Assembly (NCBI RefSeq): GCF_964355755.1
Contig: NC_092672.1
Coordinates: 37,702,437-37,766,436 of the forward strand
Direction: 5' to 3'
Length of the DNA: 64,000 nt
DNA from: Antedon mediterranea
Taxonomy: Eukaryota; Animalia; Echinodermata
Positions 1-11,100 of this stretch are shown piece after piece; the stretch's first letter is position 1, and each line of letters begins with the position of its first letter. A program made the position numbers and the translations under genes. The notes under the pieces are model-generated. The model was not told the DNA's origin, did not search any database, and saw only the letters and a list, made by a program, of their open reading frames with translations.

Positions 1-39
1 TGTGAAGTTTGCTCCTAAATGGAAGAAGAAATATCTTAC

Positions 40-2567
40 GAATCCTTGATAGTTTTTTGTCCTTTTTTCTTCTTTTTCTTAGTTGCTATTGGTCGTCCTT
101 CATCATCAACAATAAAATCATCCACATCTAAGAGAAAGTGAAACAGATTGTGTAATTGAGTTCTAATTTAAGACATGTGGAAAAAGAAGTAGGTATACAT
201 TTTTTTTAAATCAGTTCAGTTTCAGATTTATTTCACACAAAAATAATAAATATAACACAGTAAATACATTTTTTATAAATAATAATAAAATGTGTGTGGA
301 AATTACTATATTGGCTTTAGGTCTGAACCTCAAAACAAACAATCTTTATTTTAAAAATGTCATTGTCATTATAGTTATGTTGTAAATTTGCTGAGCATGC
401 AGCTTGTATCAACATGCTGAACTATGTGAGTTTACAATGCAATAAAGGAAAGATAAAACCCTTATTAATAGCTTAAGCTGTGATATGCCCAAATATGGTA
501 GTGATATGACATCATCATGTCCATCATATTTTTTGGACACATAAAGTTTGATAGTGTAGACAGAGCTTTAGGTGTATGTGTCAACAAAGCATTGGCACTC
601 ACCAGACTCCTCCTCTGACATATCAATTGCATCTCCTGCTGGTAACTGCTCAACTTCACGTTCATCCTCCTCAATCTGATAAAATTATAGACAATATTTT
701 AATTTTGAAAGTAAAATACGTACACAAGTATGTGCCACCCTCTGGTCTTTCATGTTAGGATAGGGCTTATGGGCATAACTGTTTAGTTTTAAAATTTATT
801 TAAATAAAATTGGAAATCTACCTCATCTTCATCCTCGTCTCCTTCCCTCTGAAATATTTCACGAGCGATAGCATCTCGTTCCGTAAATTGATGATGGTCT
901 TCTGTTCCACCCGCTTCCTCGTCACTCTCTTCTTCATCAGAAATTTGTCGTAAACGCCTGAACTTTTTCTAGAAAGCAAGAAAATAACATGATTTAAGAT
1001 AAGATGACAACAACATGAACCAACCAGGAATTGTATATACTCAAGTGGCAATTTGTGAAAATTGAATGTTAAAAACATAATTAATCATCATTTTTATCAC
1101 ATTATTCCTTTTTATTAGAATTTTGCAGCCATATTTGATGTATTAATAATTAATCTGATTCAATTAGTACACAGTACTTACTCTGGCTACTTTTACACCC
1201 AGGTTTTCCTCAATCAAATCATAATCTTCATCCTCTAACCGATCGTCTAGTTCTGAAAAAAAATATGATAGTACATTAGTGGCAATTTAGCTAATATTCT
1301 TTCCTTACTCTTCTAAAGCCTATATACAGAATGCTGACTGAGATAACAATATTGCATGCGCTGTACTAATATGCCAGTAAATTGAATGAGATGAACTACC
1401 TCTGCGATCTCTTTTCCTTCGACCAATCTCCTCATCTGAATCTGATGTCACTTCCTCCTCCACATCATCATTGATGAGATCAGCAATATCTTCATTTCCG
1501 TCTTCTGTGAAAAGTAAAAAAATAAGAACTTTTAAAATCAAGTGAAAAAAGGGTATTATTTAAAAAAAAAATAGGTTTTTATGGTGGCCAACAGAATTTG
1601 AATTACTTGAATTAGTATTGCTTACTGAATTAATTTAATTTCTTAAATGATGCAAGTGATGGTCAGCTAAATGAATCCTGCTTGGAGGTTTGGGTGCTAG
1701 CTTGGAGGTTTGGGTGTTAGCTAGGTTTGGGTGTTAGCTAGGTTTGGGTGCTACAGTAGCTAGGTTTGGGTGCTAGCTAGGTTTGGGTGCTAGCTTGGTG
1801 TTTGGGTGCTAGCTTGGTGTTTGGGTGCTAGCTAGGTTTGGGTGCTAGCTTGGTGTTTGGGTGCTAGCTTGGTGTTTGGGTGCTAGCTTGGTGTTTGGGT
1901 GCTAGCTTGGTGTTTGGGTGCTAGCTTGGTGTTTGGGTGCTAGCTTGGTGTTTGGGTGCTAGCTAGGTTTGGGTGCTAGCTTGGTGTTTGGGTGCTAGCT
2001 TGGTGTTTGGGTGCTAGCTAGGTTTGGGTGCGAGCTTGGTGTTTGGGTGCTAGCTTGGTGTTTGGGTGCTAGCTTGGTGTTTGGGTGCTAGCTTGGTGTT
2101 TGGGTGCTAGCTAGGTTTGGGTGCTAGCTTGTTGTTTTTGTCTATTGTTCTCTTCCTTTTGGTTTCCACTTTTTCTCTTTATTGTCGAACGCTAAAGCTT
2201 GGTTCCCACTAGCGACGCAACGTAAGAAAATTGCCTTACAATATTAATTGCACGTTTGCCCTCACCTCCGTGAAATCAAACCTGCCATGTTTGCAGCACT
2301 GTTGCATCATCGGTTCCCACTTGTGATTACGCAATACAGCACTTTATCTCGATATGTTGCTGCGTTGCGTTCTAGTGGGAACCACGCTATAGAGACATTG
2401 TTTATTTGCGCTATATAAATCTATCTATTATTATTATTAAATTGATTGTGATAATGACAATGACAACATCACTACTATGTACCTGGATATTCCTCTTCGT
2501 CACTGCTGTTGTTTACATCTTCTTCTTCGGAAACTTCTGCTTCATTTTCCAAGAAGTTGGTAGACAT
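40..2567 (-). CDS. SUPT6H: Transcription elongation factor SPT6, first six coding exons (2483-2567, 1400-1504, 1182-1252, 822-968, 603-675, 40-127); gene continues beyond the left edge
   Basis: GT-AG exons join in phase to give MSTNFLENEAEVSEEED...[36 protein letters not shown]...DVDDFIVDDEGRP, matching the acidic N-terminus of SPT6 (human [33 protein letters not shown]). Confidence 0.93.
476..570. mobile_element. Partial copy of MITE family A (PIF/Harbinger-like)
   Basis: Ends in agtttgatagtgtagacagagct+tta, the same terminus as the full copies (e.g. 9513-9663). Confidence 0.7.
1680..2135. repeat. Minisatellite of mixed 19/16-bp units (gcttggtgtttgggtgcta / gctaggtttgggtgcta) in an SPT6 intron
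   Basis: Direct tandem array visible in the sequence. Confidence 0.95.
2196..2388. mobile_element. MITE family C
   Basis: Terminal inverted repeats ggttcccactag...ctagtgggaacc plus acgcaacg/cgttgcgt; related copy at 29452-29587. Confidence 0.7.
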
Positions 2568-4696
2568 GATTCCAAGTGAAAATTTTGAAACTTCAAAAAG
2601 TTTCTAAATCGTCCTGAATAAAAAAATGTGAACACTTCTTCAAATTTAGTGTGCTTATATAATTAGGCCTAGCCTAGGCCTATATATTATTGGGAGTCAT
2701 GCAGAGTAATTATTCCATTATTTTCATAATAATAAACTGTGAATAATACAAACTAATGGATATCAAGGTCTAGGCCTAGGCCTATATTAGGCCTACTGTA
2801 GTCTAGTTAAAACACCAAAGAGTTTGCACAAGCACATTTAGACCCAGTTACTGTAGGAGTCTAGGGCCTATGCCTAAAAAAAGTAGGTCTAGGCCTAGCC
2901 TAGGCCTATATTTGAATTGAATAAATGTGAATTGATTGTTTATAAATTTAGACAAGTTTATCTTATTATTTTTTAGCCTATAGGCCTATATAGTCTTATA
3001 GACTAGGAGGCTAGGCCTATATTTTTTTATTTTCTAGCAGGGTCTACCTGACCACATACACCAAGACAAAATTAAAGCAAGCCTAGGCCTAATAGTGTAG
3101 GACAACAAATTAAGCCCGTCGGCCATTTCTGCTTTCTAGCTAGGCCTACATTTACATATGACACCAGGTAGCTTCAAAGGGAAGCGTCGTCGGCCTGCGT
3201 CGAATAGGAATCAGAGAGAGCGCGGTTCCTTAACTCGCAGTCATCATGTATTGCCTAGCACTTTTCTTTATATATCGTAAAATATAGCAATAAAAATGTT
3301 AACATATAAAAGGCAAAATAATAATACCTTTAATAACCAGTTTCAAAAGCCATATAACTTTAAAAGTACTATTTTTATTGATTTTTTTGTGATTTCTGTC
3401 GACCGAAACTACTTCGACAAGCGAAAACGCAAGTTCTGTGGAGTAACTTTACAAAACCAACGCACGCCAATTGAACACCAATAGAGAACGCTCTATATTA
3501 TTGTTCCCGTTTCCGATGCTATCTAGTATCTCTTCTTTTATTTATGTCAACAAGATACATAAAAACAAACTTTCATTTAAAAAAACATGTTATTAAAAAA
3601 ACATGTTATTAAAAAAAAGTCAAAATAAACAGATCCTGTTGGCGTCCATTGGATTCTTTTTTTTTGTCTTGTGTGAGTTCTTCTCACGTTTATTTAAATT
3701 CAATTATATACATATAAGTACTATTTGTGACAATTAAAAGTAAGTGTTTAGAGTAGTTAAAATACCGGTATATTTACATAATAAGATGCTAGAATTCAGT
3801 ATTAACCATATATTTTCTCATTTAAAATTTTAGATACGATGTAATTTAAAATGTTGAAATGAAAAATGGCGGTAAAATACATGATATTTTCTTGTTAAAC
3901 TATCTTATTTGTGTTCTTATTTGTGTTCGAGTAGAGAGGCTATAATCTCATGGGAGGAAAATGTAGTATCCTCCCTCCATCCATTGGATTCTTGGTTTAC
4001 TATTTGTTCCTAATTATCATGGTTTATCATCATTTTTTAAATCCAATTTTTTGGAGTGTATTTTTAAATTATTTAAATCATCTAGTATTTGTATTCTTAT
4101 TCAACAACGAGAATGAAATGAGAGATTTTAAACATAAAGTCTGCTGTTTTTGTTACATTTTATTAGTTTTCATAAAATTTGAAAAATATAATAGCATACT
4201 GTACAAAAATAAAACTTACTTTACTAGCTTACAACGGTACATGATTGCTTTCACATAATTATGTCAATCTATGTGCATTAGATGTAACAACTAAATTAAA
4301 TCGTAAGGAAACATGATACATGAATACTTTGAACTAACTCAGTATTTGTAACTATAGACTTGTGTGACTGATATGTAGCAACTTCATAGTTAAATGATAT
4401 AATAATTTGTGTATTTCTGTGTAATACTGTATAATATATGGACAACTGTGTAATAACAAAATTAAATAGTTGATGTAAATTTTGCAGTACACCACGTATA
4501 TAGTGAAAAGAATTGTTGAGTTTCTCAACGTTTTGATCAAAATACTTTTCATCCGGCAGGAGTGAGAATGGAAACTTTCAAACAATGTCAACTGAAGCTT
4601 GACACTGAATGCTTTGATTCAACTCAGTACTATATGTTACAGTAACATTTTGTTACCAGAACCTTCGTTTTAATTCAATACCTTTACATATATTCT

Positions 4697-5160
4697 TTAG
4701 AGACAAATTTAGGTATGTTCTACTTTTTTTATGTCCTCCTCAGTTGAGAGATTTTCCCGGGCCTGTATCACAATGTCTTCTAATTCACTGGTTGTCTTTT
4801 TAGAGATAAATTTGGTTGAGATATGTTCTATTTCTTTGATGTAGTCTTCTCAGTTGAGAGATTTTCCCTGTATCACAATGTCTTCTAATTCACCGGTAGT
4901 CTTTTTAGAGATAAATTTGGTTGAGATATGTTCTATTTCTTTGATGTAGTCTTCTCAGTCGAGAGATTTTCCCTGTAGCATAATGTCTTCTAATTCACTG
5001 GTTGTCTTTTTAGAGATAAATTTGGTTGAGATATGTTCTATTTCTTTGATGTAGTCTTCTCAGTTGAGAGATTTTCCCTGTAACACAATGTCTTCTAATT
5101 CACCGGTAGTCTTTTTAGAGACAAATTTGCTTGAGATATGTTTCATAGTTCTTTGATTTC
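4697..5160. repeat. 105-bp tandem repeat (about 4 copies) covering the stop codon and proximal 3' UTR of the Roco gene
   Basis: tagaga(t/c)aaatttg recurs at 4801, 4906, 5011 and 5116. Confidence 0.92.
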
Positions 5161-8100
5161 CAGCTTTGTTAACAGATGTTTGTCAATCAGGCGTACCACA
5201 TCGCCACGCTTGATGTCGATCATACACTTTTTGAGATCTTCCAATGACCAACCTTTCTCGGACCATCCATTCATGATGCACATGGTAGGGCTGTCTTTTC
5301 TGGCCAAATAGTTGATATAGTGGTCATATCCAAGCTTACAAGCTACGCCACGCCAGTCATTAGCAAGTGGATGCTCAGGGTCCAGGAGGACACAGATCTC
5401 AGTCATGAGATCAAATGGCAGGATGGGTGCAGAGATCTCTTTGAAGATTCCACTGAGAGATCGCAGGAATACTGGTACTTTTGGCTTTACTGGAGAAGCA
5501 GTAACAGTGGCTTGGTGGCCTTCTGAAACATAATTTAAATTTTAATATTTAACTAAACTTTTTTTAGAGCCAGTCACTATATATATGAAGTAAAGTTGAC
5601 CAGGTAGATTTCCGTGACAAGATAGTTATTTTATTATTTATCATTTGAGGCTTAGGTGAGGCTTAGGGGTGGAGTAGGAAAAGTTGAGAGTTAAAACCTT
5701 GCAAGCATGTTAACCACCAACCTACAGCTCAACTACTACAGTTAGCTACAATAATATATTTTCTTCCACTACCTTGCTTTGGCTTGCTATCTCCAAACAA
5801 ACGTCTAAACCTCGCAGTCTTCATCCGTTGCAGCCCACATGGAACAAGTTTTGAGTTGAGGCATTTCTTAAGCTCATGCAAGTGAGTCTTCTCTTTGTAA
5901 CAGACACGACACAACACAAAGAAGCCGAAGTGCACACGCTTCATCCAGGTGTGACCCAAGTACAGCAGGTTGTTCTCTAGCAGTTCCAGTACCTGTAACA
6001 AGATGTTGTAGAGACCATTGAGACAGGCAATGTGACAATCATTACAAACTAACTAATATTAATTAATTAATAACTAAATTTGAACAAGAATTTTATAGTG
6101 ACCATTGAGACAGGCATTTCTAAAATTTTATTGAACAATTCAAAAAATCAATATATAATTTATGTGGTTTTTTCATAACATGTAGAAATTTGTTTTAATT
6201 TATAAATTCATGTAGAAATTTGTTTTAATTTATAAATTTTACACCTTGTTCAAATTGGAATTAAAATTTCCCCCATTCTTCAACGTCCATCCCAGACTAT
6301 TTTGGGCTGGGAGTTATGCAACTCAGCTGGGTTAGAAACGTAAGAAATACAAAGAGAATCGTCCAATTAAGAGAACATTGTTATTAAGAGCCAATCAATT
6401 CTCACCATTTTGCAGACACTTGGGCATGGTTCAACTTCATCTTCTTCATCCTCTTCTTCATCATCGCTGCAGACTGTACTAGCTCGCAAAATCACCACCT
6501 GGCGATAGAAGAACCAAAAAAAAGGAAAAAAGTTTAGATTCAATATCACTGTCACCGTGCCGATTAACATGGTTCTCCTGGGTTAAAATTCAAACTTTAG
6601 CGTATTTACCGTTTTCTTGTAGCTATTTTGGTCTACAAATGCAGCATGAAAAAATTTAAAGTTAAGACTTTAAAAACAGAAATGAAGATACAATAATGGA
6701 AACAGAAAACTGGGTCATGAACTTTGACATTCAAGGTCACATCCTTAACAACCGTTGTAGCCTACCTGGATGCAAGACCTCTTGTTCGGCAAGATTCTGA
6801 TAACCATGTCATGATCTTCATTCACGTACAAGTTAGCTTGTTGGAAGAAAAGTCTAGGCTCATATCCACCCTTGAGCTGCGACCACTGCACAAGCCTTAC
6901 AATGAGCCGATAGAACAGTCCTTCTGGCAGGAACCCATTGAAGTCAATGTACAGGACAACGGCAGTCTTTGACTTCATTAGATGTTCAAGGCAGATGACC
7001 TCATCTCCTTGGTTCTTCAACAGAGATGGCACATAGAAGAGACGATTGCCTTCCACTGCAGCTTGTGTCTATCAGAATATAAAATTATATATTTATATAT
7101 ATATCTATCTATCAGTATTTTAAAAACATATACAATTAATAGATGTTACAGTTAAGTATTATAATATCCCCAAACTTCAATTGACAGATTACTATCTACA
7201 AGAACCAATCAGAATATCCATACCTCAGTGGATTGTGTCTTGACACACAGCAAGTCAAATTTCTGCATCAGTTGTAACAAGCCTTCTAATTGGTCAAGAA
7301 AGTCATGCCACATGTGTCTAATTAGTCTCTCTTCCAGGAGTCCTTCTTCATCAAGTCTTGCCCAAGCACTTCTGAACTTTGCCCACTACACAAAAAATAA
7401 TTTTAACAACAATTACACAAACTCGCAAAGTGTGATTATTAAGAGTTAAAAATAATAAAATTAAACAAATTCTCATACTTGTTCTGAAGGATCTTTCACT
7501 GTGATGACTCTCTTGAAGATACATATTAACCACTGCGGACTGAGAATGATGATGTCATTGAGGGCGCTGTCTGGTGTGTCACGTTCTCCATAATATATCA
7601 TGTTACCAAGATCATGGTAGAAGTGCAACATAGTAAACAGTTGAATATCATTGAGGATACCACAACTAGAGGCCAGATCTCTAACCTGAAAATAATAACA
7701 CTTTTACTTACGGTTTGAAGGGTGGTTTCTAGGCTGAGCATTTTAAACCCCTTGTCATGCCAATGTTTATCAAGTTGTTTTTTTAAAGTTAATAGAGTTG
7801 GTGCGCTGACCAATTCTAATTTCAAAATCAAATAAAAGGGAAAAATGACTTGCCTGCTTGTAGCTAATTGAGTGTTTCTCTTTGTTGCGCAACTGCTCAA
7901 TCTCATTCAAGAAGTCCAGCCACTTCAAGGGGATTTTCTCACCCATGTAGTGTTCTTGCTTAGCTATCAATGTGATGTGATCCCTCAAATCAATTATGGA
8001 TTGATCCAATGGTCTTAGGCTGTTGTCAATGGCATAGAATTTGCACACAACATGACCTTCATATGGCGTTCCTTTCAATGATTTCTTAACCTCTGCTAAC

Positions 8101-11100
8101 TTTTCTTCGGCCTACAAAGTAAAACAATGAATTTGTAAATACAACATGACAAATTTCAATGCTGACATATACTTGTTCATGAAAAAGCATAGAGGAATTA
8201 ACTGATGTATAAAGAACAATCTAGTTTATGGAAGTATATCTATATAAAAGCAACGTATTTGTATTGGTTTATGCACAAATTTAAGTATGTATACTCAAAT
8301 CTACACCCTGGTAGCTTAGAGTTATCACAGCAGCAGTATGTGCTTAGACAATCATACTCACAAGAGCTTGTCTTTGTTGAGCGTTTGATAGCTTAGAGTT
8401 ATCACAGCAGCAGTATGTGCTTAGACAATCATACTCACAAGAGCTTGTCTTTGTTGAGCGTTTGATAGCTTAGAGTTATCACAGCAGCAGTATGTGCTTA
8501 GACAATCATACTCACAAGAGCTTGTCTTTGTTGCGCGTTTCCTGGTAAACTCTCTCTGTGAGTACCAACAATAAACACAGGTGGTGACAACTGTCTCTGC
8601 TTTGACACGGATGCATTTTCAGTTGTGTGTGAATAGATTGAACGTAACCAGAAGATCACAAAGTCCTTGTTGTTCATGTAGTGGTCAGAAACTGAAATCT
8701 GTAAGAGATAAGCGTGTTCATATTTATTACAATTAAAGTGTAACTTCTATTTTTAAACTATCCATTAGGTGTACATCCCCATTAGAACTTTTTGGTCAAA
8801 ATCCTTATCAGATAAATCAACTAAGCAGGTGATTAATTACCTGAATCCATACCCCTGTGATTTTATTAGCTCTCTTGTAATTGATTGATTAGGACAAGGT
8901 ACATTCTTCAGTATTCAAGGTTTAACGACCTCCCTATCAAAGTTTGACTTATATAAACACATGTCACAGTAGGAGGTTAAGTGACATTTACCCGAAGCTT
9001 TGAAAAACTTCGGGTAAAAATGAACACATTCTCTAATGGGGCTGTACACGTAATGTCTGTATTAATAGAGGTATTCATCCAATGTTGAAACACTGCTAAA
9101 TTAATTAATTAATTAATTAATTCCAGATTGTTAAAAAACATATTTCCTAACCTTTCCACCATCTCTGTTGAATACTTCAACTTTAGCAGGTGCATTCAGG
9201 TCGTGACAGAGATTGAAGCAAATTATGTAAATGGCACGTGATACCAGGAACACCTGTATATTTAAATAAAACAATTGTGTAAAACAAATTCTAATTCTTT
9301 TAAAATTTTTTATTTCATTTCTAAGAACACAATAGATAAAATACAAAAAAAGGTTTTAAAATTTATCATTGAAAAAAACATACTGTAATATAACATAAGA
9401 AAATTAAATAAAAACTAATAAAGTTGTTTGTGGTATAAAAAGTCTTTTGGTTTAGTTATACCATCACCCATCAAGTACTGTATTTTCTGTAAGTGGTTTA
9501 TTCAGGGTATTAAGCTCTGTCTACACTATCAAACTCTGTGACAAAAAAATGTGATGTGCCCATAATATGATGTCATATCACTACCATATTTGGGTGTATC
9601 ACTACCATATTTGGGCACATCACAGTTTTTTTGTCAAAATAGTTTGATAGTGTAGACAGAGCTTTAGCTGAATATGGATAAAGTAAATACTAAAAGATGT
9701 TTAACTGGAAACATCTTCTCACCTGATGAGTAATGTAATAAAGATCTTGTCCGGCAAAATCCCAGATGCTGAGAGTCAAATCATCAATCGTCTCGTCATC
9801 AATCACTTGATCCAACTCTTCAGTCTGTCCGAGCTTTTCCTTTTCTACAAGAATGTTCAAGACCATTTGAATGACCTCTTCGGGGACGTCAGGGGTCGTT
9901 GGGGTTGTTGCTTCCTCTTGTGAAGATATGCTTACTGGTGCATCAGTTTGATCTTCAGCAGAGTCACTATCAACATAATCTGTAGCGTAAAAGAACTTAT
10001 TAGATCACACATTCTTGTCAGCAATACACAATATGTTTGTTTGTTATTATTTATTTATACTAGGTGACCTCTTCAGTCAAAACAGTTCTCCCAGAGGGCT
10101 CAGTTATGATCAGTGGCTGTGAGTACACTAGTACACCGAAGTAACCCTCTACTTATCTCGAACGATGTACTAGGTTCTTTAAAGTGCAGCTAGATGTGTA
10201 CACTGGACCTTCGGTTTATAGTCCTTATCAGACAGTGCTAAGCTAATGTACTATTATTAACATATTAAAAACATACTGTACCTTCATAGGTAGAATCTAT
10301 GTAATCCTCATTGTAAGAAGAAGAATAAGACGCTGAATTCCCATCCATCCCTTGCTCTGCTCCACTACTATTACATTCTTGTTTCTTCCTTTCATCTTTC
10401 TTTGATGCCTGTGTAATTTAGAATAATGAAACACTATACTGATGAGTTATATAAAGCCTGTTATCCATTATCAAACGAAAATTTGTTTAGTTAAAATAAT
10501 AAAATAATTTAATCCAACCGATATGGGCTACTAATGTTATCAGGCCTAGATCCAACATGCATAATATAAGTCTTTCTATTTGCTTTATCCTGTATGTTAA
10601 CTAACCTTTTTCTTTTTCTGCAAAAGCTTTGTTGCAATTTTTTCTGCAACAGCTCTTAAATACTGCTGTCTTGCCTCACTTGTTTTTCCTAATAAAATAC
10701 AATTATTCAAAAAAGAGATTCTGAATACATTTATTTAAACAAATTTACAATGTAAAATATTATATTATACATAAATTAAATAATTTTATCCGTTAATAAT
10801 ATCATTTCAGTAATCTTTTTTACCATTTTCTGTTACAGTATATTTACTATAAATAATGATTTATAATTTAGTTTTTTTAAGTTGTTATCACATTGTGGTA
10901 CAGGTACTAAAATCAAAACCAATTCTTATTAATGTAAATACCTTCTGTTTGTTTTGGTTTCCAGTTGGTTGTGTGTTTAACACTGAGTGTGCATGACAGT
11001 GATGTTTCTATTCCATCTGTAACTTCTTCTGTGTCATTAAATCTAAAGTAAAGATCAAAGGTAGTTAACTGTTTACTATATTTACAACTTCTAATGTTCT

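Noticed and set aside
4800-5145. Selenocysteine or read-through use of the per-unit TGA in the 105-bp repeat
   Set aside because: The repeat frame is offset from the CDS stop and I saw no SECIS-like structure.
6745-6780. RHIM-like IQVGYN at the end of ORF 6745-7056
   Set aside because: The exon ends at IQ (CAG|GTAGG); VGYN is intron read-through.
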